Below, piece after piece: positions 8,910-17,433 of a stretch of DNA of 64,000 bases. A program made the translations under genes and the position numbers. The notes beneath the pieces were generated by a model. The model did no database searches, was not told the DNA's origin, and saw only the letters and a list, made by a program, of their open reading frames with translations. The stretch lies in the sequence record MN871440.1; one strand, given 5' to 3'. Positions within the stretch are counted from its first letter, which is position 1; the number at the start of each line of letters is the position of its first letter.

Positions 8910-8992
8910 AAGGCTTTACTCTGATCGAATTGATTGTTGTTGTTGCAATCCTGGGAATTCTTTTCAGCGTTGTTGCTCCAACAATTTTCTAA
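8906..8992 (+). CDS. 28-aa prepilin-like peptide MKGFTLIELIVVVAILGILFSVVAPTIF
   Basis: Read by hand: GAGGA RBS 8895-8899, ATGA overlap with upstream stop; class III signal G|FTLIE with pilin F1, E5, G14, P22. Confidence 0.8.
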   Translation: MKGFTLIELIVVVAILGILFSVVAPTIF

Positions 8993-9061
8993 AAAGAAGA
9001 TACCGAGTTACTTTCTTTGTTCGGCTAAGTTTATTACCGACATAAATAGTATTACTATAAG

Positions 9062-9089
9062 AACGAGTCGAGAGACTCGTTTTTCTTTT
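9062..9089 (+). terminator. Hairpin with T tract in nrdD leader
   Basis: aacgagtc-gaga-gactcgtt followed by ttttcttt. Confidence 0.6.
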
Positions 9090-9114
9090 CCTACACACTC
9101 ACAACGGAAACAAA

Positions 9115-11229
9115 ATGCAAGTACAAAAACGCGACGGTCGAATCGTTGATTTTGATCGTTCTTTTATTGAAACAGCAATCTCTAATTCTCTGCAATCTAT
9201 CGGCATCACCGATCCCACCTTCCCACACCACGCTACCGAAGCTGTTGTTCGCAAACTCGCTGGACGCTCTAAGGTAACGATTGAAGAAATTCAACACGTA
9301 GTTGAAGACACCTTAATGAAATCACGCTATCCTGCTGTGGCTCGCGCCTATATCGAATATCGATATGATCGTGACGTTGCTCGTGACTTGAATTCAGACA
9401 TGACTAAACGAATCATGGGACTGATGAAGCAGGAAGACGAATCAATCATGAACGAAAACGCCAACAAAGACGCTAAGGTAATCCCAACTCAACGTGATTT
9501 GGTAGCTGGTATCGTTAGCAAGCACTTTGCAAAACATTATCTCCCTTCTAATGTAATACAAGCGCATGAAAACGGCTGGATTCACTTCCACGATCTTGAT
9601 TATTCTCCGTTCTTCCCGTCATTCAACTGTATGCTGATTGATGTTGAAGGGATGTTAACTCGTGGATTCAGAATGGGTAATGCTCAGATTGAAACTCCGA
9701 AAAGCATTTCTACCGCTGCTGCTGTAGTCGCTCAGATTATCGCACAAGTAGCAAGTCACATTTATGGCGGCAACACGATTAATCGCATTGACGAAGTGTT
9801 GGCACCGTATGTTAGAATGACACATGAAAAGCATTTGGATGAAGCGCGTTACTGGAAGATTCCAGATCAACAGCAATATGCTATTGAAAAGACTCGCAAA
9901 GCTGTGTATGATGCTATGCAAGGACTTGAATACGAAGTGAATACCCTTCACTCCGCAAACGGACAAACTCCGTTCTGTACCTTCGGATTTGGTCTTGGTA
10001 CTAGCTGGGAGTCAGAACTGATTCAAGAAGCAATCTTGAAAGTGCGTCTGAAAGGTCTTGGTAAGAAAGGCATCACTGCCGTTTTCCCGAAACTTGTATT
10101 CGCTCTGAAAGACGGACACAACTTGAAGCAAGGTGATCCACTGTATCGTATCAAACAGTTGGCTCTGGAATGCGCGTCAAAACGTATGTATCCGGATATT
10201 CTGAGTTATGATAAAGTAGTTGAAACCACCGGCTCATTTAAGTTCCCAATGGGATGCCGTAGTTTCTTGCATCGCTGGGAAGATGAAAACGGTAATGAAG
10301 TTCACGAAGGTCGAAATAACCTCGGCGTTGTGACTCTGAATCTGCCACGTATCGCTCTTGATGCAAATCAAAATCATATGCGTTTCTGGGAACTTCTGGA
10401 AGAGCGTATGGAAGTAGTCAAGAAAGCTTTAATGGTACGTGTTGATCGTCTGCGCGGAGTTAAGGCAAGCGTTGCTCCTATTCTCTACGTTGAAGGCGCT
10501 TGTGGTGTACGTCTGAATCCAGATGATGACATTATGAAAGCGTTTGAAAACGGTCGTGCTTCTGTTAGTATTGGTTATATCGGTCTGCATGAAGTCACCG
10601 AAATCATGATGTCTAACATTGATGAACACATCATGGAGAATCAATCCAAGCAAGTATTCGCCGTTTCTGTTCTTCAACGAATGAAAGAAATCGCGGATGC
10701 ATGGAAAGCACAAACTGGACTCGCATTCAGTCTGTACGGTACTCCATCCGAAAGTCTGTGCTATCGTTTTGCAAGAATTGACCGCGAACGTTATCCAGAT
10801 CACAAGATCTTTGATAAAGATTATTACACAAACAGTTTCCATCTATCCGTTGATCATAATACAAATCCGTATGACAAGATCGACTTTGAGAAACAGTTTA
10901 TCCCGTTCAGTACCGGTGGATTTATTTCATACGGTGAATATCCGAACATGAAAAATAATCTGGAAGCACTTGAGCAAGTTTGGGATTATGCTTATCTGAA
11001 TACTCCCTACTATGGCACCAATACTCCAGTTGATTCATGTTTCGAATGTGGATTCCACGGTGAATTTACCGCGACTTCTAAAGGATACGAATGTCCTAAG
11101 TGTGGTAATCATGACGGCAAAAAGATGAATGTTATTCGTCGTGTTTGTGGTTATTTGGGTGAAGTTAACGCTCGTCCATTTAACAAAGGCAAACAACAAG
11201 AAGTTATTCGTCGCGTGAAACACATGTAA
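9115..11229 (+). CDS. nrdD: Class III anaerobic ribonucleotide reductase, with ATP cone, no intron
   Basis: VQKRDGR ATP cone, IHFHDLDY, MGCRSFL, NLGVVTLNL, CxxC..CxxC, RRVCGYL glycyl radical loop. Confidence 0.97.
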   Translation: MQVQKRDGRIVDFDRSFIETAISNSLQSIGITDPTFPHHATEAVVRKLAGRSKVTIEEIQHVVEDTLMKSRYPAVARAYIEYRYDRDVARDLNSDMTKRIMGLMKQEDESIMNENANKDAKVIPTQRDLVAGIVSKHFAKHYLPSNVIQAHENGWIHFHDLDYSPFFPSFNCMLIDVEGMLTRGFRMGNAQIETPKSISTAAAVVAQIIAQVASHIYGGNTINRIDEVLAPYVRMTHEKHLDEARYWKIPDQQQYAIEKTRKAVYDAMQGLEYEVNTLHSANGQTPFCTFGFGLGTSWESELIQEAILKVRLKGLGKKGITAVFPKLVFALKDGHNLKQGDPLYRIKQLALECASKRMYPDILSYDKVVETTGSFKFPMGCRSFLHRWEDENGNEVHEGRNNLGVVTLNLPRIALDANQNHMRFWELLEERMEVVKKALMVRVDRLRGVKASVAPILYVEGACGVRLNPDDDIMKAFENGRASVSIGYIGLHEVTEIMMSNIDEHIMENQSKQVFAVSVLQRMKEIADAWKAQTGLAFSLYGTPSESLCYRFARIDRERYPDHKIFDKDYYTNSFHLSVDHNTNPYDKIDFEKQFIPFSTGGFISYGEYPNMKNNLEALEQVWDYAYLNTPYYGTNTPVDSCFECGFHGEFTATSKGYECPKCGNHDGKKMNVIRRVCGYLGEVNARPFNKGKQQEVIRRVKHM

Positions 11230-11230
11230 T

Positions 11231-11252
11231 AAAGGGGGCTTCGGCCCCTTTT
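11231..11252 (+). terminator. Rho-independent terminator
   Basis: aggggg(c)-ttcg-gcccct plus tttt. Confidence 0.75.
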
Positions 11253-11754
11253 GTCATTAAGGAGAATCAAAATTAAGATAATCGATTATAAGACGCTAGA
11301 CGTATTAAACGGAACTGGCACTCGTTCTACAATATGGCTTGCTGGGTGTAGTCACCAATGCAAAGGATGCTTTGGGAAGAATACTTGGAAATGGGAAGGT
11401 AAGACAGAAGAAGAAATCGAACTACGTAAGCTCGTGAAACGCGATATGAGCGATTCCCGTATCAAGCGTGATGGGATATCACTACTTGGTGGTGATCCGC
11501 TGTATGAGCGCAACCTAGACGGTTTAATCGAGTTTCTGAAATGGTTTCGATCTGAGTTCCCGAATAAAACAGTTTGGCTCTGGACAGGATATACCAAAGA
11601 AGAATGTTTACTTGAGCCTAAAAAGAATGTTATAGTTACTTCACTGATTGACGTTCTTGTTGACGGAAAATTCGTTGAAGAACTTAAAGACGTTGATTTA
11701 AAGTTCCGTGGGTCCAGTAATCAACGCATCATTTACATAAGTGAGAATGTATGA
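11251..11754 (+). CDS. nrdG: Anaerobic RNR activase (radical SAM); true start possibly ATT at 11272
   Basis: NGTGTRSTIWLAGCSHQCKGC (CxxxCxxC), GISLLGGDP, RGSSNQR. Confidence 0.93.
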   Translation: MSLRRIKIKIIDYKTLDVLNGTGTRSTIWLAGCSHQCKGCFGKNTWKWEGKTEEEIELRKLVKRDMSDSRIKRDGISLLGGDPLYERNLDGLIEFLKWFRSEFPNKTVWLWTGYTKEECLLEPKKNVIVTSLIDVLVDGKFVEELKDVDLKFRGSSNQRIIYISENV

Positions 11755-12134
11755 AAGCAATTCAAGTATTAAGCGGGCATTTGCGTGGTGCAATTCTATT
11801 TGTTACCGAAGATGCAATCCGAGTTATTTGTGCTCCCGGTTATCATGACGATGAAATTCTCAAAGTCGGCAGCGTTAAATATGATGCCGTGAAGCATCAA
11901 GTTAATGTCTCTGTTACTCGCGAAATCGACATCGTTAAAGAATATCAGCCTAACGGTGGCCAACACCTCAATGTTAATGTGTTCACCCGTGAAACTCTGG
12001 TAAATGCTATGGAACACCCGGAACAATATCCGAATCTGACAATCAGAGTTTCAGGCTATGCCGTTCGTTTCTCTGCTCTGACCAACGAGCAACAACTTGA
12101 TATTATCAATCGAACTTTTACTCAAGTAATTTAA
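11751..12134 (+). CDS. grcA: Autonomous glycyl radical cofactor (GrcA/YfiD, T4 vs.6-like)
   Basis: GGQHLNVNV...HPEQYPNLTIRVSGYAVRF. Confidence 0.95.
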   Translation: MKAIQVLSGHLRGAILFVTEDAIRVICAPGYHDDEILKVGSVKYDAVKHQVNVSVTREIDIVKEYQPNGGQHLNVNVFTRETLVNAMEHPEQYPNLTIRVSGYAVRFSALTNEQQLDIINRTFTQVI

Positions 12135-12143
12135 GGAATAATA

Positions 12144-12416
12144 ATGCTGGAAGTGTACGGTTTCGATCCTCTCGAACTCGAATGCAAACCCTGTCTGAAT
12201 GCCAAGCGTCTGCTTGACACCAGAATGGTAGACTATGTTTTTCTGCCTATTGCAAAAATCAGTAAGACAGAAGAACACAAAACAAATAAAGCTGATCTAA
12301 CTCGCCGTGCAAAAGAACATGGTGTTGTGGTTACTTCTATGCCTCAAGTATTTGCTGATGATGAATATATTGGTGGCTTTGAAGAACTCAAAACTTGGGT
12401 CAACGAAAACGCATGA
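12144..12416 (+). CDS. nrdC: Glutaredoxin-like thioredoxin NrdC
   Basis: EVYGF..CKPCLNAKRLL..MPQVF..YIGGFEEL, T4 NrdC pattern. Confidence 0.85.
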   Translation: MLEVYGFDPLELECKPCLNAKRLLDTRMVDYVFLPIAKISKTEEHKTNKADLTRRAKEHGVVVTSMPQVFADDEYIGGFEELKTWVNENA

Positions 12417-12703
12417 AAATAGAAATCTACGGCGTACCGGAAGAATTTGTTCAATGTCCCGGTTGTAAAGCTGCCGTCGATTTCTGTCGTTCTTATGGGT
12501 TAGAATTTACATTTATACCGGTTCTTATTAAAGATTCATCATCTATTGGTTTCACATATCATCGTGCTAATATTGAAGAATGTAGATTAAGAGCTGGTAA
12601 AGACACGCCTCCGAGATCATACCCTCAGATTTTTGTCAACGATAAATGGGTAGGTGCATACAAAACTTTTAGCGAAAAGTTTGAAGGAGGTTGTCTTGAC
12701 TGA
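12413..12703 (+). CDS. nrdH: Glutaredoxin NrdH
   Basis: MKIEIYGVPE..CPGC..SYPQIFV, T4 NrdH pattern; ATG 12413 overlaps upstream stop. Confidence 0.85.
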   Translation: MKIEIYGVPEEFVQCPGCKAAVDFCRSYGLEFTFIPVLIKDSSSIGFTYHRANIEECRLRAGKDTPPRSYPQIFVNDKWVGAYKTFSEKFEGGCLD

Positions 12704-13196
12704 AAAAGACGTACAGGCAGCGATTGCCAGAAGTCGCGAATTTCAACTTAGGTATGATCTAATCGTACCGAATTGCTATACTCAATATGACAACGAGGCA
12801 GATTTATTTTGCTTGCGTCCTAGTGGGTTGTGTGATGAAATAGAAATCAAAGTGAGTCGATCTGATTTCAAAGTGGATGCAAAGAAACAAGTTCGAATCT
12901 CAGAAAAATTAGAGAAGCCTACACTATACCGAACTCACAGAATGGTGCGCAAGACGAAGCGGGAAGCTTTAGAAGCGGGTCATATGTCGAATTATTTCTG
13001 GTATGCTGTGCCCGAAGGACTGGTCAAGCCAGATGAAGTTCCTTCTTGGGCTGGCCTGATCTATATATATTCTCATGGTAGTGCCGGTGTCGTCAAGAGT
13101 GCGAAACGTTTGCATAAGCAGCCGTTAAGTGCTATTGAGTCGTATAAGACCGCACGAAAGATGGGATACAAGTATTGGAACAAGGTTCTGGCGTAA
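12696..13196 (+). CDS. PD-(D/E)XK nuclease-like protein, MmcB-like
   Basis: EADL...EIEIKVSRSDF..D..K and NYFWYAVP..WAGLI motifs; TTG start after GGAGG. Confidence 0.65.
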   Translation: MTEKDVQAAIARSREFQLRYDLIVPNCYTQYDNEADLFCLRPSGLCDEIEIKVSRSDFKVDAKKQVRISEKLEKPTLYRTHRMVRKTKREALEAGHMSNYFWYAVPEGLVKPDEVPSWAGLIYIYSHGSAGVVKSAKRLHKQPLSAIESYKTARKMGYKYWNKVLA

Positions 13197-13273
13197 GTCA
13201 GAACCTTTTTTGTTGTTGACGAACACCGAATAGTATGCAAGAATGTGCATACATCAAAACGAGAGGTGAATAA

Positions 13274-13522
13274 ATGAACGTTGTATTTGGTAATATCTGT
13301 AACACTCGCATCGTTGAAGCTGTTGAAGCTCGCAAGAAAACTGGTATGGCATGTGATCCGAAATGGCTTGACGAACAAGTCGAATGGATGTATGCTGATG
13401 TCTCCAAGGTAGTTGCTAATACTCAGTGGTTGAAAAACGAGTTGCGTGAGCATCTGGTTGCTTTCATTCTACGTGAATATGATGTAATTGCTTTTGGTGT
13501 GGATAATGGCATCAAGCGTTGA
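13274..13522 (+). CDS. Hypothetical protein (82 aa)
   Basis: GAGGTG RBS, own promoter-like TTGACG upstream. Confidence 0.75.
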   Translation: MNVVFGNICNTRIVEAVEARKKTGMACDPKWLDEQVEWMYADVSKVVANTQWLKNELREHLVAFILREYDVIAFGVDNGIKR

Positions 13523-14948
13523 GATTCTACAGGCGGTCCCTGCTGCTGGTAAAACAAAAGCTATTCTGACTCACGTTCGAAAGAACAAAAAGCCTTGTAT
13601 CATAGCGTCAATTAGTTGTCAGTTATCGCAACAAAGTTTTGACTTTTACAACAAGATTAGTGGTGACAATGACAGTATTATCATTGACTCAGATCATGTT
13701 AGTAGAAGCAAGAGCGTCGCCGAGGTAATAAAAGAAAGCATCGGACAGAATAGAGTCATTTTCATTACTCATGCTGCGTTGCTGGCATATCCAGATTATG
13801 AAGACATGAGAGATCATGAACTCTATATCGATGAAGTACCTGATTTTGTTCAATTAAATCAGTTGAAATTCACTGACAACCTTGACTTTATCGGGAAATA
13901 CTGCGACACTGTTGATGGCAGAATGACATTAAAAGAAGAGTGTCGTTCGAAAGTAGAAAAGATTGCTACCGATGGTCTATATGGTCATGATGTGGTGTCA
14001 AGTTCTGTTTTCTCATTAGCAAGATCTCTGTTGCAAAATATCCCCGTTATTCTCAAAGATAACGTGGTATACTTTATCGATGATAGTACAACCCAAAAGT
14101 GGAACGTCTTTTCTAAGATCACAATCGCTTGTGCAAACTTTAAAGAGACATTCACCGGTGTTGTTCTCAAAGACTTTTGCGGTTGGAAATTCAAAACAAG
14201 CCCGTTGATGAAAAAACTGGATTTCATTCAGTATCCGAATTCGAGTAGAGTCGAGATCGTGCCATTATTCGATGGTATCTGGTCTAGATATGCTGCCGAC
14301 AAAGATATCGACGGAGAAAGTGTTTACAACAAGGTCAAGGATAATGTGTATGATTTAGTTGGCATGACGCCGTTTATCTACACAACAAATAGTTATCGTG
14401 CGGCATTGAAAGTTGGACATCGAGTTGCTTATAACCCACACGGGCTAAACAGCTATATGAGCCACACAACTGCGGTAGCGTTATTCAGCTATAATCCTAT
14501 GCCTTGGCAAATCGAGTTGCTGAAATGTCTGTCTAGCTGTCACGACATGGACACAAACAAGTTGATTGATGCTTATTTGGTATCGAAATATCTTGAGCCT
14601 GTGTTTCAATTGTGCTTGCGTACCGATATTCGTAATCAGCATTCAACATGGAAAGTCACGCTGTTGGTCCCAGATTTACGCGCTGCTGAGTATCTGAAAT
14701 CGAGATATCTGTTAGAGGCTAAGATCGACACAAATCACATGATTAGTGGACCAGCACGTAAAGAGCGAAAGAAAGAAGAACTGCCTCGCAAAAAGAAACT
14801 TAGTTTCGTGAACATGTTCGACTTTACAAAAGCAGAACAAGGAAAGTTCTATCGATGGTCAGCAAAAATGGATTTAAAGCTTGACGTCATACAACCCGAG
14901 CATGTTAAACTGGTATCAGACTGGATAAATAAGCTCCGGAGTTTATAA
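13506..14948 (+). CDS. Divergent SF2-like helicase/P-loop ATPase
   Basis: Walker A AVPAAGKT, Walker B YIDEVP, motif VI-like FQLCLRTDIR, basic C-terminal tail. Confidence 0.7.
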   Translation: MASSVEILQAVPAAGKTKAILTHVRKNKKPCIIASISCQLSQQSFDFYNKISGDNDSIIIDSDHVSRSKSVAEVIKESIGQNRVIFITHAALLAYPDYEDMRDHELYIDEVPDFVQLNQLKFTDNLDFIGKYCDTVDGRMTLKEECRSKVEKIATDGLYGHDVVSSSVFSLARSLLQNIPVILKDNVVYFIDDSTTQKWNVFSKITIACANFKETFTGVVLKDFCGWKFKTSPLMKKLDFIQYPNSSRVEIVPLFDGIWSRYAADKDIDGESVYNKVKDNVYDLVGMTPFIYTTNSYRAALKVGHRVAYNPHGLNSYMSHTTAVALFSYNPMPWQIELLKCLSSCHDMDTNKLIDAYLVSKYLEPVFQLCLRTDIRNQHSTWKVTLLVPDLRAAEYLKSRYLLEAKIDTNHMISGPARKERKKEELPRKKKLSFVNMFDFTKAEQGKFYRWSAKMDLKLDVIQPEHVKLVSDWINKLRSL

Positions 14949-14962
14949 AGTTGCATTTACAT

Positions 14963-15002
14963 AGTATACTTCTTTTGTTGACAAAAACAAAGGAAGTATA
15001 CT
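14963..15002 (+). promoter_or_regulatory. 17-bp hairpin covering the gene 55 ribosome-binding site
   Basis: agtatacttc-ttttgtt / aacaaag-gaagtatact, ends 2 nt before ATG 15005. Confidence 0.7.
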
Positions 15003-15004
15003 GT

Positions 15005-15529
15005 ATGGCAGATTACGTTAACAACGAAGAACTTTATCAAGCATTTGTCGCTTGGAAAGAGAAGTTGAAAGAAAACCCCAGTGAGCGAATGCCCGAGTTC
15101 ATTGGTTCTTCAATCATGAAGATCGCTTATGGGTTCACGAATTATTGGCGATTTAGTCGTTATACCGACACTTGGAAAGAGCTGATGGTTGGTGATGCTG
15201 TTGAAACTTGCTTGAAATACTGCAAGAACTTTGACACCGAACGATATACGAATCCACACGCATATATTACCATGATATGTGCTCGCTCGTTCATTGCTCG
15301 AATTAGACATTCCAAGAAAGAAGAAGCTGCAAAGTATAAGTATTTTTTGGAACACGTCCATGATGCCGAAGATGAAGATATGGCAAAATTAGTTGACCTA
15401 TCTTTCTATAATGACATGATGACCAAAGCAAACGACTTTGAAGCTACAATGAAAAATCAGAAAGCTAAAAAGCCAAAGCAACTAGGCGGATTGTCATTCC
15501 TTGAGGATGACGATGATGCCGACGAATAA
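15005..15529 (+). CDS. 55: Late-transcription sigma factor gp55
   Basis: YVNNEELY, IGSSIMKIA, FSRYT..WKELMVGDA, NPHAYIT, acidic C-tail. Confidence 0.95.
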   Translation: MADYVNNEELYQAFVAWKEKLKENPSERMPEFIGSSIMKIAYGFTNYWRFSRYTDTWKELMVGDAVETCLKYCKNFDTERYTNPHAYITMICARSFIARIRHSKKEEAAKYKYFLEHVHDAEDEDMAKLVDLSFYNDMMTKANDFEATMKNQKAKKPKQLGGLSFLEDDDDADE

Positions 15530-15758
15530 TATTGAAGTAACTATTCCACTCTGGGAAAATTATCATGAGTGCAATGATGAACCCGAATTAGTCCCCTATA
15601 TGCTCAAAATAAAATTACTCGAATCTGGAATCCCGGTGATTATTGATCCTCTTTCAATTCGTTCTAACGTCATAAGCGTCAAGCATGGTAAACTAATTGG
15701 CGAAATCATTTCGCTCGATACCGAAGAATCACACTACAAGTTTAAATGGGAAATGTAA
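15513..15758 (+). CDS. Conserved hypothetical, a-gt.5-like by position
   Basis: Synteny directly after 55; GAGGA RBS. Confidence 0.6.
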   Translation: MMPTNNIEVTIPLWENYHECNDEPELVPYMLKIKLLESGIPVIIDPLSIRSNVISVKHGKLIGEIISLDTEESHYKFKWEM

Positions 15759-16150
15759 TGAACGAGAATATCGATCAACTTATCGATCAAGATCAAAAAG
15801 AAATTAACGAAGCGAAAGAACGCGAACAAGCTTTGATTAAATCTATGGTCGAGAAGAAATCTAAGAAATACTTGGCCAAACATGGCAAAGAAATCAAACG
15901 TTTGCGCGAACACGCCGAAGAATGTTTGCATGTATGTAACAAAGATGGTTACATCTACGCTATCGAAAAGCTTCGTGTTCTGACCATGCAGAAACCTATC
16001 GAACGTTCTGTTCTTGAATCGCTCTGGTTGAGTTCAAAACAGCGTTACGATGAACTTGTGATGGAAGCATATGCGAAAGTAAATGAAAACACTGAGGTAG
16101 CGTCTGGTGAGCAACCAGAGACTGCTACGGTTCCAGTCTGTTCTATCTAA
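15758..16150 (+). CDS. Conserved hypothetical a-gt.4-like
   Basis: KKYLAKHGKEIKRLREHAE..YIYAIEKLR resembles T4 a-gt.4; synteny. Confidence 0.7.
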   Translation: MNENIDQLIDQDQKEINEAKEREQALIKSMVEKKSKKYLAKHGKEIKRLREHAEECLHVCNKDGYIYAIEKLRVLTMQKPIERSVLESLWLSSKQRYDELVMEAYAKVNENTEVASGEQPETATVPVCSI

Positions 16151-16154
16151 ATAA

Positions 16155-16213
16155 AGGGAGCTTCGGCTCCCTGAATTAGCTTAATAAATTAGCCACCTTC
16201 GGGTGGCTTTTTT
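16155..16213 (+). terminator. Tandem UUCG hairpins, second is a terminator
   Basis: agggagc-ttcg-gctccct and agccacc-ttcg-ggtggct plus T6. Confidence 0.85.
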
Positions 16214-16229
16214 GTATCTATTGTGCTTA

Positions 16230-16320
16230 CACTGCGGCTTGCCGCTAACTCATTGAAACCTAAGAAGAAGAGAAGATAGATTCTCATTAAAGATATATAA
16301 GACATTTTATCTTCTCTCGC
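16230..16320 (+). repeat. Dispersed quasi-palindromic intergenic element, copy 2
   Basis: cactgcggcttgccgctaactcattg...gaagagaagatag...cattaaagatatataa...ttatcttctc. Confidence 0.9.
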
Positions 16321-16346
16321 TAACGCGAAGTGCTGCGCACAAACTT

Positions 16347-16376
16347 GTTTACATTCAGTTTCGAAGTGTGTATGAT
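16347..16376 (+). promoter_or_regulatory. Early promoter for 47/46
   Basis: GTTTACA N17 TATGAT. Confidence 0.75.
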
Positions 16377-16404
16377 CGCTTTATCATTCAACAAAGGAAA
16401 CAAT

Positions 16405-17433
16405 ATGAAGATTATCATTGAAGGTGATAAGCATGTTGGGACTCATAAAGATAGCGAGTACATGGAAAACGCTATCTATCTGGGTTCCAAATTCTTGTGT
16501 GACTACGCGAAGAAGAACGGCATCACTGTACTATTGCAAGTAGGTGACTGGTTTGACGTTCGTTCTGGTCTGTCTCAAGCGACTATGAACTTTCAACGTG
16601 AGAAGCTGAACCCGCTTTACACCGAAGCTTTCGAGCAACGTTACAAGCTGGTAGGCAATCATGATATGCATGTGAAAGACAAGATTCATCCGAACTCTGT
16701 TACTGAAATGTTTCATGATGTTCCCGGTGTTCACATCATCGACAAACCGACTACCGTAGCGTTTGGCGATACACTTTGGGATCTGTTCCCGTGGAAGTGT
16801 TCAGAAAATGAAAAAGAAATTCTTGACTTCGTTGAGAAATCCGAGTCAGAATATTGCGCTGGACACTGGGAGCTTGATGGTTTCGAGTTCTACAAGGGTA
16901 TCCCGTCAACTGGTGAAGCAATCGACTTCCTGAGCGATTACAAGCAGGTTGTCAGTGGACACTATCACACATCGAGCCGCAAAGGTAACGTGTTCTATAC
17001 TGGGACTCCTTACACTTTGACTATGGGCGACGCAAACGAAGTTCGCGGTTTCTGGGTGTTTGACACCGACACCGAGACTTTCGAGTTTGTAGCTAACCCA
17101 GATATGTGGCACATCAGAATTGACTATCGTGGCGATTTTGATGAAAAGCTGTTTGACAAGTGCAAAGGCAAAGTGGTAGAATTGGTAGTCTATGAATTCG
17201 ATGAAAAGCTTGACGCTGTTATGGCACAGTTGGAAAACGTGTGTCACGAATTCAAACACAAACAAGTGTATAACTTTTCGTCTGATGTAGAAGACATCAC
17301 CGAAACCAAAAAGGTTATCGAGCAAATGAAAGACTATGTTAAAAACATGCCTATCGATGCTGACGAAAAAACAGTTGTTTCAAAATACGTACAAGATTTG
17401 TACGCGAACGCAACCGCAGGTAAGGGAGCTTAA
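16405..17433 (+). CDS. 47: Recombination nuclease gp47 (Mre11-like)
   Basis: GDKHVG, GDWFD, GNHD, GHWE, SGHYH, YTGTPY phosphoesterase motifs. Confidence 0.95.
   Translation: MKIIIEGDKHVGTHKDSEYMENAIYLGSKFLCDYAKKNGITVLLQVGDWFDVRSGLSQATMNFQREKLNPLYTEAFEQRYKLVGNHDMHVKDKIHPNSVTEMFHDVPGVHIIDKPTTVAFGDTLWDLFPWKCSENEKEILDFVEKSESEYCAGHWELDGFEFYKGIPSTGEAIDFLSDYKQVVSGHYHTSSRKGNVFYTGTPYTLTMGDANEVRGFWVFDTDTETFEFVANPDMWHIRIDYRGDFDEKLFDKCKGKVVELVVYEFDEKLDAVMAQLENVCHEFKHKQVYNFSSDVEDITETKKVIEQMKDYVKNMPIDADEKTVVSKYVQDLYANATAGKGA

Noticed and set aside
8934-9149. 71-aa ORF-track call as the missing pilin globular domain via frameshift
   Set aside because: Runs through promoter and terminator sequence into nrdD, has no pilin features and no slippery site was seen
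7418-11229. Group I introns or inteins in nrdB/nrdD (also checked nrdA, 43, 41)
   Set aside because: All frames are continuous and of normal length; no intein signature noticed
16147-16213. tRNA or small RNA in the twin-hairpin gap after a-gt.4
   Set aside because: No cloverleaf, T-loop or CCA; two UUCG hairpins are adequately explained as terminators
16230-16320. Dispersed repeat as CRISPR array or IS/transposon end
   Set aside because: Copies are single and tens of kb apart with no spacers, no cas or transposase gene, and no target-site duplication I could identify
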